In this document: piece by piece, positions 36,948 through 46,684 of the stretch
Layout of the letters: every line of letters begins with the position of its first letter
Numbering within the stretch: the first letter of the stretch is position 1
Source: Candidatus Coatesbacteria bacterium
GTDB taxonomy: Bacteria; RBG-13-66-14; B26-G2; JAUVZD01
Length of the DNA stretch: 64,000 nucleotides
Assembly: GCA_030602715.1 (NCBI GenBank)
Contig: JAUVZD010000006.1
Coordinates: forward strand, 26,465-90,464
Reading direction: 5' to 3'
Made by a program: the position numbers and the translations under genes
The notes under the pieces: generated by a model
Seen by the model: the letters and a program-made list of their open reading frames with translations, nothing else
Told to the model about the DNA's origin: nothing
Database searches by the model: none

Positions 36948-37735
36948 CTCAGCTCCTCAATTCTGAAAACCGGTCCCTGCCGGCAGACGGTGGCGTAGCT
37001 TCCGTCGGCGAGCTGGACGGAGCAACCCAGGCAAGCCCCCACCCCGCAAGCCATTGTCTCCTCTAGGGAGATAAAGCAGGGGGGGGTTGAGGGGATGACT
37101 TCTTTGAGGGCGGAAAGCATCTCCCGGGGACCGCAGGCATAAACCGCATCGTGGGCACCGGGAAGATGTTCCTTTGCCAGCGTGACTACATCGCCTGCAA
37201 AGCCCACGGTCCCGTCCTCGGTGGCTAAATGTATCTCTGCCCGACCCAGTTCTGGGAGGGGGATGAGCTCATCCTCGGTTCTGGCTCCGAAGAGGATTTT
37301 GGGGACTATGAGCTTGTCAAGGAAACGTCTGGCGAGGAAGTGGAGTGAGGCTATGCCGGTGCCTCCGCCGATTAGCAGGGGGCTTACCCCCTCAATGGGA
37401 TAAGGTTTTCCCAATGGACCAAGGATGGAGACTTGGTCTCCAGCCTTCAGGTGGGACATAATCCTCGTCGCTTGCCCTACGACCTTGTAGAGAATTTCCA
37501 CACGTGGAGCCATCCCTGCAATCTTTGAGGCGTTGAAGATGGAGAAGGGTCTTCGCAAGAGTGGGGAATGGGTGTCGCCCACCTTGATGGTGAGGAATTG
37601 GGCGGGAAGTGACTGAGTTGCCAACTCGGTGTTGAGCAATGCCAACAGGAATAAGCCCGGCTTCAGTCTGTGATTATACTCAACGGTGGCGGTGTGCAGG
37701 CGGGCGGTATTGGTGTGGAGGTGCAAAACAGCCAT
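36941..37735 (-). CDS. pyrK: Dihydroorotate dehydrogenase electron-transfer subunit (FAD/NAD-binding, 2Fe-2S)
   Basis: Ferredoxin-reductase-like fold with C-terminal CGVGACLGCSV… cysteines. Directly upstream of pyrD. Confidence 0.8.
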   Translation of the reverse strand: MAVLHLHTNTARLHTATVEYNHRLKPGLFLLALLNTELATQSLPAQFLTIKVGDTHSPLLRRPFSIFNASKIAGMAPRVEILYKVVGQATRIMSHLKAGDQVSILGPLGKPYPIEGVSPLLIGGGTGIASLHFLARRFLDKLIVPKILFGARTEDELIPLPELGRAEIHLATEDGTVGFAGDVVTLAKEHLPGAHDAVYACGPREMLSALKEVIPSTPPCFISLEETMACGVGACLGCSVQLADGSYATVCRQGPVFRIEELRW

Positions 37736-37801
37736 TTGGATGAATATTAGGCTATAAATGTTGGCAAGTCAAGGGTGATAATTCCTTTATTCTCACTTAG
37801 C

Positions 37802-37830
37802 TTGACAGTGTAATTATCATGTGTTAGAAT
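37802..37830 (+). promoter_or_regulatory. Sigma70-like promoter: TTGACA, 17-nt spacer, TAGAAT
   Basis: ttgaca at 37802..37807 and tagaat at 37825..37830, upstream of the 37873 start. Confidence 0.45.
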
Positions 37831-37872
37831 TACCCAAGAATATGCGTCTCTTGAGCCCAGGGGGTTAAGGCT

Positions 37873-38691
37873 ATGAAATGGCATATAGTTTTAGTATTCT
37901 CTTTGCTTATCGTTGTGCAGGCGGTGTCCCAATCTGTTTCCGGACCGGTGAGTGTGGTGGATACCTTGGATATCACCGGGATAACCACCGGCGGATTCGG
38001 TCTCACCTACGACTGGAGCACGGATTGTCTTTGGGTCGGCGATCTTGACGCCGGTATTCTTTATCGCATCACCAAAACCAATCCCCCGACCATACAACAG
38101 ATAGTGCTGGTTCTTGTCGGTCCGAGCGATGTTTACGGTTTGACTTACGACAGCTCAACGGTGATGTTGTGCGGCAACGACAAGAAGATCTACACTATGG
38201 ACCTGGTTACCGGGATTGGCAGCCTTTACCGCAATGTCCCTGGTTATTGGATTGGGGACCAGCCTTTAGCGCTGGATGTGGTCAACGATGCCATCTATAG
38301 CGGTGACTGGGAGGTGGATGACCTGGCTTACGCCAGTCCGGCCCAGACCGGCAGTTGGCATACCTGGGGCATGACCGATATATCTGGGCTGGCTTGCTCT
38401 TTCAGTGGGAGCGAACCTGCGCAGTATCTCTTTGCGGTGAGTCAACATCCCTCCCAGGGCTACCTTATAATTTACATTCTGGATGGGGGAATTCCCCAGT
38501 TCCCCGCCTACGGCATAGAACCACTACCGGAGGAGCTGTCCCAGATCAATGTCGCTGACTGTGCCTATGACGGGGTCTATCTTTATGTTCTGGATAACCA
38601 GGGTTCCGCCAGCTATATCTTTGTGTTGGATTGGCTGGATAATGTGGTTCAATCGCAGAGCTTAGGGGAGATCAGAGCGCTGTTTAAGTAG
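37873..38691 (+). CDS. Secreted beta-propeller-repeat protein, paralog of the 7195..8031 gene
   Basis: Signal peptide. The shared GLTYDWSTDCLWVGDL segment and C-terminal SLGEIRALFK tail align with the 7195 gene product. Confidence 0.55.
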   Translation: MKWHIVLVFSLLIVVQAVSQSVSGPVSVVDTLDITGITTGGFGLTYDWSTDCLWVGDLDAGILYRITKTNPPTIQQIVLVLVGPSDVYGLTYDSSTVMLCGNDKKIYTMDLVTGIGSLYRNVPGYWIGDQPLALDVVNDAIYSGDWEVDDLAYASPAQTGSWHTWGMTDISGLACSFSGSEPAQYLFAVSQHPSQGYLIIYILDGGIPQFPAYGIEPLPEELSQINVADCAYDGVYLYVLDNQGSASYIFVLDWLDNVVQSQSLGEIRALFK

Positions 38692-38805
38692 CACTGCCGA
38701 AAGATTGAAGATGTTGGATGGGGCTGATTCAGCCCCATTTTTTATTTACGCAATATATGTTGAGTCTGGGAATATAAAAAGTGGAGGGATTTTGCAATTT
38801 TTCTC

Positions 38806-38833
38806 TTGACACGGGCAGGTTTTGATGTATAAT
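38806..38833 (+). promoter_or_regulatory. Pmra-type sigma70 promoter of the dcw cluster: TTGACA, 16-nt spacer, TATAAT
   Basis: ttgaca at 38806..38811 and tataat at 38828..38833 (preceded by TG), about 50 nt upstream of mraZ. Confidence 0.55.
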
Positions 38834-38883
38834 GGCAATATAAGGCAAGTATCGGCAAAGTTTGGAAAGTTCGTAAAAAGAGC

Positions 38884-39333
38884 ATGAACTACGAATTCAT
38901 AGGGCATTATCGTCATTCAATTGACAGCAACGGGCGCTTGATGGTCCCCAAGAAATTCCGTCAGAACCTGGACGGGGAGATTCTCACCCAGTATTATATG
39001 ACCCAGGGGTTGGACGGTTGTATCTACATCTTCCCTCCCGACGAGTGGAAGAAGTTCCAGCGCCAGGTCTATAAGAACCCGGTCAAAAGCCGTGAGGACC
39101 GCATCCTGAAACGCTTCTTCTTCTATAATGCGGTTACAGTTAAGACTGACTCCATGGGTCGCATCACCATACCCCAGCACCTGAAGGACTACGCCGCCCT
39201 TGAAGGAGAGGTGGTGTTAGCCGGCTTCGTCTCCCACATTGAGGTGTGGAACCTGGAGAAGTGGGAAGAATTCTCCCAGATTATGAACGATGAGGAGAAG
39301 GTCAATCAGCGCCTTATGGAACTGGGCTTCTGA
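38884..39333 (+). CDS. mraZ: Transcriptional regulator MraZ
   Basis: The duplicated MraZ/SpoVT-AbrB-like halves (GRLMVPKKFRQNL… and GRITIPQHLKDYA…) are diagnostic. First gene of the dcw cluster. Confidence 0.9.
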   Translation: MNYEFIGHYRHSIDSNGRLMVPKKFRQNLDGEILTQYYMTQGLDGCIYIFPPDEWKKFQRQVYKNPVKSREDRILKRFFFYNAVTVKTDSMGRITIPQHLKDYAALEGEVVLAGFVSHIEVWNLEKWEEFSQIMNDEEKVNQRLMELGF

Positions 39334-40214
39334 TGACCTCCATACATATTCCAGTGATGCTTTCGGAGGTGCTGGACCTGATAAAGCCCCAAGCAGGAAA
39401 GACCTACATAGACGTCACCCTGGGTGGAGGAGGACACACCAAAGCGCTCCTTGAGGCTTCCGCCCCCACAGGTAGGGTATTTGCCCTGGATTGGGATGCA
39501 GGGACTATTGAATCCGCAGAAGCACAGTTGGGGAGAACTTATTCCAGATTGACATTGATTGAGGGGAACTTTGCCGACATTGGCGAGCTGGTCGGCGAGA
39601 GTGCCGACGGTATCCTCTTTGATTTGGGCTTATCCTCCGACCAGTTGGCGGATATGGAGAGGGGTTTCAGCTTCACTTCCGATTCATTGCCGGATATGCG
39701 CATGAGCCCCAAGGGTCGCCCGGCATATCAGCTTCTGCAAAAAGGCGGGGAGGAAGAGATAGCCGATGTGCTCTACGAATACGGCGGGGAGAGGCTCTCT
39801 CGGCGGATTGCCAGGGCGATAGTCTCCGCCGGCAAGCGGGGTGAGGAGCTTTCCGCCAAGAGGCTCGCCTCTCTGGTCGCAAAATGCTATCGCCCCGGCA
39901 GACATCGCATCCATCCCGCGACCCGCACTTTTCTTGCTTTGCGCATCTGGGCTAACGATGAGCTCACCAACCTGAAGGCGGGTCTGGAGGGTGCTTGCGG
40001 TTTGCTCAATCTTAGGGGAAGGCTCCTGGTCATCTCCTATCACAGCCTGGAGGACGGCTTGGTCAAGCGCTACTTTCGGGGGTTGGCTGGAAAGGAAAGC
40101 GGAGGGAGATTTGAGCTACTCACTAAAAAGCCCCTCAAGCCTACTCCAGATGAGGTGAGGGAGAACCCCAGGGCTCGCTCGGCAAGGCTACGGGTGATTG
40201 AGAGGGTGGCATAA
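39333..40214 (+). CDS. rsmH: 16S rRNA (cytosine1402-N4)-methyltransferase
   Basis: HIPVMLSEVL…DVTLGGGGH…ILFDLGLSS…SYHSLEDGLVK are the MraW/RsmH signature motifs. Confidence 0.9.
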   Translation: MTSIHIPVMLSEVLDLIKPQAGKTYIDVTLGGGGHTKALLEASAPTGRVFALDWDAGTIESAEAQLGRTYSRLTLIEGNFADIGELVGESADGILFDLGLSSDQLADMERGFSFTSDSLPDMRMSPKGRPAYQLLQKGGEEEIADVLYEYGGERLSRRIARAIVSAGKRGEELSAKRLASLVAKCYRPGRHRIHPATRTFLALRIWANDELTNLKAGLEGACGLLNLRGRLLVISYHSLEDGLVKRYFRGLAGKESGGRFELLTKKPLKPTPDEVRENPRARSARLRVIERVA

Positions 40215-40215
40215 T

Positions 40216-40539
40216 ATGGCTTTTTTGCGGGAGAAGAAGGAGCAGATGAGGAGGGACGAGGGGAGACGCGGTCGGGTTTTTGCCATCTACTCCCTTTGTA
40301 TCATAATCGTCTTTGGCTTGGTTCTCCTTTACTCCTACCAGTATATGAGAATCATAAGCCTGAACTACGAGATAGCTCACAACAAGAACATTCTCTCCCG
40401 ACTGCGCATTGAGAACGAGGCTTTGAAATCGTCCATAACCAAAGAATACTCCCTGGAGAGGATAAAGCAGGAGGCGGAGAAGGAGTTTGGTTTGATGCCT
40501 GCGGACCCCTCCCAGGTGGTCTGGGTGCAGGAGCCGTAA
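40216..40539 (+). CDS. ftsL: Cell-division protein FtsL-like (single TM plus coiled coil)
   Basis: Small bitopic protein in the canonical position between rsmH and ftsI. The ATG at 40216 lies just after the rsmH stop. The track ORF from 40198 is an upstream extension. Confidence 0.6.
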   Translation: MAFLREKKEQMRRDEGRRGRVFAIYSLCIIIVFGLVLLYSYQYMRIISLNYEIAHNKNILSRLRIENEALKSSITKEYSLERIKQEAEKEFGLMPADPSQVVWVQEP

Positions 40540-42668
40540 TGGAGCGCGACGAAAAGAGGGAACTGCGCAGATTCCGCATAAAAGTGGGGTTTATCTTCAT
40601 CCTTCTGGCTGTGTCCTTCATTGCCCTGATTGGCAGGACCTTCTATCTGCAGGTAGTCCGCGGGGGAGAACTGAGGGAGATTGCGGATAAGAATCAGATA
40701 GCCATAGAGGACATACCTGCCGATCGGGGTTTGATTTTGGACGCCAACGGGGAGCTTTTCGCTACCACCATCATTGCTCCTTCAATTTATGCCCTGCCAA
40801 ACGACATTCCCGACAAGGAATATACCGCCAAGCAACTGTCCCTGGCTCTGGATATGGATGAGGGCTATCTTTTGGGGAGGCTCAATTCAGGCTACCGTTT
40901 CGTCTGGCTTGCCCGAAAGATTGAGCCCGGACTGGAGCAAAGGGTTAAAGAACTGGATTTATTGGGAATAGTGGTCTCCGCTGAACAAGCCCGCCGTTAT
41001 CCTCTGGGTTCGCTTGCCTGCCACATCCTCGGCTTTGTGGATGTTGATGGGAGGGCGGTGGGGGGAGTGGAACATTCGCTGGATGAGTATCTGCGGGGAT
41101 ACCCCGGCTTCCGTCTCTCGGTGCACGACGCTTGGGGTCGCTCGGTGACCTCTGCCGATGATAATTTCATCGCTCCCAGAGACGGCTGTACAGTAACTCT
41201 GACCATTGACCAATGGTGCCAGCGAGTGGTGGAGAGCGAGCTTTCCTTGGCTGTGGAGAGATATGGCGCTAAGGGAGGGACGGTCATCGTCATGGAGGTG
41301 GAGAGCGGACGCATCCTGGCTATGGCTTCCCTTCCCAACTTCAATCCTAATGAATACAAAACCTCCGACCCGACAAGTTGGAAGAATCCGGCGGTCAACC
41401 TGGTCTATGAACCCGGCTCCACCATCAAGCCACTCATCGTTGCCGCCGCTTTGGAACAGGCTAAGATCGGTGTTTATACCCTCATAAATTGTGAGGGTCC
41501 TCTTCAGGTGGGGGAAGCATCCATCACCGATGTGCTGGTTCATGAGCCCACCCTCTCTATCAGCCAGGTGCTGACCAAATCCAGCAATGTGGGCATCGCC
41601 AGGATAGCTATGGACCTGGGGGGAGGAGTCATTCTCCGGTATATGGAGCTTATGGGCGCAGGAAAGAAGACCGGGATTGAGCTTCCTTATGAATCTGCGG
41701 GCATAATCCATTCCCAATGGATGAAGACCAAGGACGGGGCTGCCTTCACCTCCTTCGGGCAGGGGCTGGCTTTGACCCCACTTCAATTAGCTTGCGCCAT
41801 TAACACCATCGCCAATGGTGGGACCTGGGTTCAGCCGACTATCATAGATTCCATCTTTGATGGGGAGGGATACCTGGACTTACCTGAGAGGGAGGAGGTC
41901 TCGGTCTTTTCTTCCAAGGTGGCAGGACAAGTCGCTCTGCTGATGGAGCTGGTGGTGACCGACGGCGGAGGAAAGCTGGCTATGGTGTCCGGCTATCGGG
42001 TGGCTGGCAAGACCGGCACCTCGCAGAAGACCAAGGAAGACGGCGACGGCTATGAGAAGGGCAGCTTCATCGCCTCCTTCGTCGGCTTCGCCCCGGTGGA
42101 GGACCCGAAGGTGCTGGTGCTGGTGATGATTGATGAACCGACCAACCACCTATACGGCGGCACCGTTGCCGCTCCCACCTTCTCCCGCATCATGGGGGGG
42201 ATATTGCAGTATCTGGGAATAAGCCCTAGCATCACCAAACCGCTTACGCCTCCCGATCCCAGGTGGGGATGGGAGCAGGAGGCGATGGATGACCTGTCGC
42301 AGATGGATTTGGTGCAGTTGATTCGCTGGGCTAAACATAGTGGGATTGCCCTCCGCCTGGAGGGGGAGGGATCACAGGTTGCGGGCTTTGAGCTACCTTC
42401 AGGTGAGAAGTATACCCTCCAAGATTACATCACGGTTAATCTGACGGAGGGCAATGTAACCATGCCCCGGCTGAGGGGTCTTTCCGTAGGGGAGGCTTAC
42501 GAGATACTGGTCAACCTGGGGTTGGAGGTGCGGGTTGAGGGTTGCGGTCCCGTGGTGGTGGGGCAGTATCCGTCGCCGGGCGGGAAAATTGAACCGGAAG
42601 TGGTCCTCAGTTTGGGTTGGGGTGATACTGTTCTCGGCGGTGATGAGCAGGGGAGCGGTATCCTATGA
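40539..42668 (+). CDS. ftsI: Penicillin-binding protein (FtsI-type transpeptidase) with two C-terminal PASTA domains
   Basis: N-terminal TM, dimerisation domain, and transpeptidase motifs (STIKP, SSN, KTGT). Two C-terminal PASTA-like units (…GIALRLEGEGSQVAGFELPSGEK… and …GLSVGEAYEILVNLGLEVRVEGCGPVVVGQYPSPGG…). Confidence 0.85.
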   Translation: MERDEKRELRRFRIKVGFIFILLAVSFIALIGRTFYLQVVRGGELREIADKNQIAIEDIPADRGLILDANGELFATTIIAPSIYALPNDIPDKEYTAKQLSLALDMDEGYLLGRLNSGYRFVWLARKIEPGLEQRVKELDLLGIVVSAEQARRYPLGSLACHILGFVDVDGRAVGGVEHSLDEYLRGYPGFRLSVHDAWGRSVTSADDNFIAPRDGCTVTLTIDQWCQRVVESELSLAVERYGAKGGTVIVMEVESGRILAMASLPNFNPNEYKTSDPTSWKNPAVNLVYEPGSTIKPLIVAAALEQAKIGVYTLINCEGPLQVGEASITDVLVHEPTLSISQVLTKSSNVGIARIAMDLGGGVILRYMELMGAGKKTGIELPYESAGIIHSQWMKTKDGAAFTSFGQGLALTPLQLACAINTIANGGTWVQPTIIDSIFDGEGYLDLPEREEVSVFSSKVAGQVALLMELVVTDGGGKLAMVSGYRVAGKTGTSQKTKEDGDGYEKGSFIASFVGFAPVEDPKVLVLVMIDEPTNHLYGGTVAAPTFSRIMGGILQYLGISPSITKPLTPPDPRWGWEQEAMDDLSQMDLVQLIRWAKHSGIALRLEGEGSQVAGFELPSGEKYTLQDYITVNLTEGNVTMPRLRGLSVGEAYEILVNLGLEVRVEGCGPVVVGQYPSPGGKIEPEVVLSLGWGDTVLGGDEQGSGIL

Positions 42669-42713
42669 ATATTATGATACGGCTGTTATGGGATTTCCGG
42701 CAGTGGAGGACGG

Positions 42714-44123
42714 GTGGAGAGTAAAACTCATACCGGTTTGGGCTTCAGCCTGGAGGAGGTGCTGAAGGTTACCTCAGGGCGTCTGGTTTCGGGGGCGGGA
42801 CCGCACCATTTCAACCGGGTGGGCACCGATAGCCGTAAGGTTTTTGCCGGGGAGCTCTTCATCGCCCTGAAGGGGGAAAATTTTGACGGTCATCAGTTTG
42901 TGCTTCAAGCTTTAGAGGCGGGTGCCTTGGGGGCGATTGTAGCAAAACATTTGGAGGGCGAAGTCCCCAAGGATAAGGTGGTCATTGAGGTGGACGACAC
43001 CTTGCAAGCCCTGCAGAGGTTGGCAGGTTATCATCGTAGTCGCTTCCAGATACCGGTGGTGGCGATAACCGGCACCGCCGGCAAGACCACCACTAAAAAC
43101 ATGATAGGAGCGATACTTTCCAGCAAGTTCAAAACAATGGTGAACCCCGGCAACATCAATAATGAATTCGGCGTGCCCTTAAATCTGCTTTCCATCACAC
43201 CCCAACATCAGGTTGTGGTGTTAGAGTTGGGGATGAACCACCCGGGGGAGGTCGCTCAGTTCACCTCTTTGGTAGCGCCAGATGTGGGTGTAGCCACCAA
43301 TGTAGGCTTGGGTCATATAGGGTTCTTTGAGAGTATTGAGGAGATCGCTCGTGAGAAGGGCTCTCTTTTCACAGCCCTACCGGAGGACGGCTACGCCATA
43401 CTCAACTACGACGATGAACGGGTGCGGGCTTTTTCCACCCCGGCGCACCGGGTGACCTACGGCATCGGTAAAGGTGCCCAGGTGCGTCCGGAGAAAGTGT
43501 TTGATAAGGGTCTTGCAGGGATAGAGTTTGTCCTTGAGGGAGTTACATTCCATCTGCCTATTTTCGGCATCTACAATCTGCATAATGCGCTTGCCGCCTT
43601 GGCAGTAGGTTATTCTCTGGGGCTTGCCTGGTCACAGATGGCTCCTGCGCTGGCAGGTGCCCCGAGCGAGCCTTTGCGTGGAGATCAGGAGGAGATTTGC
43701 GGTATAACGGTGATAAATTCCGCCTACAACGCCAACCCTCTCTCTCTGACTTCCGCCATCAATTGGCTGGCGACCCTTTCTACCAAGGGGCGAAGGATTC
43801 TCCTCTTGGGCGATATGCTGGAGCTTGGCGATACAGCACCTCAATTGCACCGGGAGATAGGGGCGCTGGTCGCCCGGTTGTGGCGGGAGGGAAAGCTCTA
43901 CGCCCTGTTAACTGTCGGTGATTTAGGCGGATATATCGCCTCCGGCGCCTGGGAGGCGGGGATGAGCAGGGACTTGGCGCTTCATCATGGGAGTCGGGAG
44001 GATGTGGTGGAGATGCTTACCGAAATGCTTGAGGAAGGGGACATTCTACTGGTCAAGGCGAGCCGCATGATGAGACTTGAGGAGTTGGTCGTCTTGCTCA
44101 AGGAGCGTTTGGAGCCATCGTAG
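42714..44123 (+). CDS. murF: UDP-N-acetylmuramoyl-tripeptide--D-alanyl-D-alanine ligase
   Basis: …FIALKGENFDGHQFVLQALEAGALGAIV…, the Mur-ligase P-loop ITGTAGKTTTKNM, and the MurF C-domain. It follows ftsI directly, so no murE lies between them. Confidence 0.85.
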   Translation: MESKTHTGLGFSLEEVLKVTSGRLVSGAGPHHFNRVGTDSRKVFAGELFIALKGENFDGHQFVLQALEAGALGAIVAKHLEGEVPKDKVVIEVDDTLQALQRLAGYHRSRFQIPVVAITGTAGKTTTKNMIGAILSSKFKTMVNPGNINNEFGVPLNLLSITPQHQVVVLELGMNHPGEVAQFTSLVAPDVGVATNVGLGHIGFFESIEEIAREKGSLFTALPEDGYAILNYDDERVRAFSTPAHRVTYGIGKGAQVRPEKVFDKGLAGIEFVLEGVTFHLPIFGIYNLHNALAALAVGYSLGLAWSQMAPALAGAPSEPLRGDQEEICGITVINSAYNANPLSLTSAINWLATLSTKGRRILLLGDMLELGDTAPQLHREIGALVARLWREGKLYALLTVGDLGGYIASGAWEAGMSRDLALHHGSREDVVEMLTEMLEEGDILLVKASRMMRLEELVVLLKERLEPS

Positions 44124-44147
44124 CCTAAAACAGGAGGGGGGTGCACC

Positions 44148-45248
44148 GTGCTCTACTATCTTCTGTATCCGTTAAAGGAATATTCCACATTCTTCAACCT
44201 CTTTCGTTACATCACCTTTCGCTCCGCCGGTGCGGTGGTCACCGCCATACTGCTCACTTTCATCTTTGCGCCCATTATAATCAGAGCCCTGAAAAAGAGG
44301 AAGGTCAGGGAGACGGCGGATACCATTCGGGAGGAGGGACCGCAGGCTCATCGGGATAACAAAGCGGGGACTCCCTCAATGGGGGGGCTGATAATTCTTC
44401 TGGCAATAGTCCTGCCCACACTATTGTGGGCGGATATTGCCAATAGATATGTAATTGTAGCCCTTTCGGTTACCGTCATGCTGGGCTTGGTCGGCTTTAT
44501 TGACGACTATCTGAAGCTGGTGGTAAGGAAAAGAAGCGGGCTTTTGGGAAGATTCAAGCTGATCGCCCAGATATTGGTGGGACTTGGTGTGGGCGTATTG
44601 CTCTACCTCGCTCCTCTGGAAAACGGCATGACTACCTTTGTTACTATGCCCTTCTTGAAGTCGGTGATTATCCCCCTGGGGATATTCTATATAATCTTTG
44701 TAGCCATAGTGGTAGTAGGCAGTTCAAATGCGGTCAACCTCACCGACGGTCTTGACGGATTGGCTATCGGCACGATAGCCTTCGCCTCTCTTGCATACGC
44801 CGGTTTCTGTTACATCGTGGGTAACTTCAAGATAGCCGGTTATTTACAGGTGATGTTCATAGACGGTGTTGGAGAGCTGACCGTCTTCATGGCTTCCATT
44901 CTGGGAGCCGCATTGGGTTTCTTATGGTACAACTCCCACCCGGCTGAGGTGTTTATGGGGGATACCGGCTCCCTGTCATTGGGTGGGGCTATCGGCACGG
45001 TGGCGGTTTTAATCAAACAGGAGCTTCTTTTAGTCATCGTCGGCGGGGTCTTCGTCATAGAAGCCGCCTCGGTCATCATCCAGGTGCTCTATTTCAAGCT
45101 CAGCGGCGGAAAGCGGGTCTTTAAGATGGCTCCCCTGCACCATCATTTTGAACTCATGGGGATACCGGAATCCAAGGTGATAGTGCGCTTCTGGATTCTG
45201 GCGGCGATTTTTGCCCTGATCGGTCTTAGCACCCTCAAGATACGTTGA
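44148..45248 (+). CDS. mraY: Phospho-N-acetylmuramoyl-pentapeptide transferase
   Basis: 10-TM PNPT family with conserved NAVNLTDGLDGLA and HHHFE motifs. Confidence 0.9.
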   Translation: MLYYLLYPLKEYSTFFNLFRYITFRSAGAVVTAILLTFIFAPIIIRALKKRKVRETADTIREEGPQAHRDNKAGTPSMGGLIILLAIVLPTLLWADIANRYVIVALSVTVMLGLVGFIDDYLKLVVRKRSGLLGRFKLIAQILVGLGVGVLLYLAPLENGMTTFVTMPFLKSVIIPLGIFYIIFVAIVVVGSSNAVNLTDGLDGLAIGTIAFASLAYAGFCYIVGNFKIAGYLQVMFIDGVGELTVFMASILGAALGFLWYNSHPAEVFMGDTGSLSLGGAIGTVAVLIKQELLLVIVGGVFVIEAASVIIQVLYFKLSGGKRVFKMAPLHHHFELMGIPESKVIVRFWILAAIFALIGLSTLKIR

Positions 45249-45325
45249 CCGAGAATCGCAATGAAGATAAGCGGTTTGGAGGGGTGACGCTTATCTTATA
45301 AACGGCAGAAGGTGGGGAATGTTTT

Positions 45326-46684
45326 GTGGAAAATTATGAGCACAAGTTGGTATTGGTGGTCGGTCTAGGCCGAAGTGGTCAGGCGGCGGCATCGCTTCTT
45401 GCCCGCAAGGGCGCTCAGGTCAAGGCGGTTGACCTCCGCTCCCAAGGCTTGGAGGAGGTGGCGGAGTCGCTCGGACGCCAGGGTGTTGACTATCGACTGG
45501 GTGGGTATGACCCTGGTGACCTGGCGGGTGTTGACCTGGTGGTGGTCAGCCCTGGCGTTCCCCCCACCGATAAACTGGTCGGTGCTGCTTATAAGGCGGG
45601 TATTGAGGTGGTAGGCGAGCTGGAATTAGCCTACCGCCACCTGAAGGCGGAGAAGTTGATAGCTGTAACCGGCTCAAACGGCAAGTCCACCACTACAACG
45701 CTGGTCGGTGCTCTGCTCACCGGGGCGGGGATAAGCAACTTCGTGGCTGGAAATATCGGCTCCCCGCTCTCCTCCTTCGTTGATTTGGAGGTTAAAGCTG
45801 CGGTGGTGGAGGTATCCACCTTTCAGTTGGAGACCACAATTCAATTTCACCCTGATATAGCCGTTCTGCTCAATATTACCCCGGACCATATTGACCGCCA
45901 CGGTAGTTTTGAGGAGTATGCACGCTTGAAGGGGCGCATCTTTTCCACCCAGACCGAGGGCGACATAGCGGTAATCAACTTTGACGACCCCACCGCCTGG
46001 AATTTCTCCATGTCCTGTTCGGGGGAGGTTCTGCCCTTCTCCACCAGCCAGAAGATGGAGGTGGGTGCCTGGCTGGAGGAGGGGTTCATCTGGGTCAACC
46101 GGGGAGAGGATAGGACCTTCGTCTGCCCAGCGGACAAGGTCAGCCTGCCGGGCTTGCACAATATGGAGAACATCCTGGCTTCCTCACTCTGCGCCTTGGT
46201 CTTGGGTGCCGAGCCAGTCTCTATGAGTATGACCCTGCAGAGCTTTTCCGGACTTCCCCACCGCATTGAGCTGGTGGCTGAGATAGACGGCGTTTTATAT
46301 TTCAACGACTCCAAAGCCACCAATGTGGTCAGCATGGAGAAGGCTTTGGAGAGTTTCAGCGCTCCTCTGGTGGTCATCGCCGGCGGAAGGGATAAGGGGA
46401 GCGATTTTGCCCCTTTGGCTCCGCTGGTGAAGGAGCGGGTGAAGTCTTTGGTCCTGATCGGCGAGGCGGCAAAGAAGCTGGAGGAAGTCTTTTCGGTTTA
46501 TACTCACATACTGCGTGCGAGTGATTTAGCAACTGCGGTGCGCGTGAGCCGAGAGGAAGCTTCCCCCGGCGATGTAGTGCTCCTCTCTCCGGGCTGTGCC
46601 AGCTTTGATCAGTTTGACAACTTTGAGCACCGGGGCGACCTTTTCCGGGAAGAAGTGCTCAAGATGAAGGAGGAGGGTCGGTAG
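45326..46684 (+). CDS. murD: UDP-N-acetylmuramoylalanine--D-glutamate ligase
   Basis: VVGLGRSGQAAASLL Rossmann-like N-domain, GSNGKSTTTTL P-loop, and the MurD C-domain. Confidence 0.9.
   Translation: MENYEHKLVLVVGLGRSGQAAASLLARKGAQVKAVDLRSQGLEEVAESLGRQGVDYRLGGYDPGDLAGVDLVVVSPGVPPTDKLVGAAYKAGIEVVGELELAYRHLKAEKLIAVTGSNGKSTTTTLVGALLTGAGISNFVAGNIGSPLSSFVDLEVKAAVVEVSTFQLETTIQFHPDIAVLLNITPDHIDRHGSFEEYARLKGRIFSTQTEGDIAVINFDDPTAWNFSMSCSGEVLPFSTSQKMEVGAWLEEGFIWVNRGEDRTFVCPADKVSLPGLHNMENILASSLCALVLGAEPVSMSMTLQSFSGLPHRIELVAEIDGVLYFNDSKATNVVSMEKALESFSAPLVVIAGGRDKGSDFAPLAPLVKERVKSLVLIGEAAKKLEEVFSVYTHILRASDLATAVRVSREEASPGDVVLLSPGCASFDQFDNFEHRGDLFREEVLKMKEEGR

Noticed and set aside
44141-44359. 72-aa ORF overlapping the mraY start in another frame
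   Set aside because: An out-of-frame overlap of the well-supported mraY gene with a His/Gly-rich low-complexity product.
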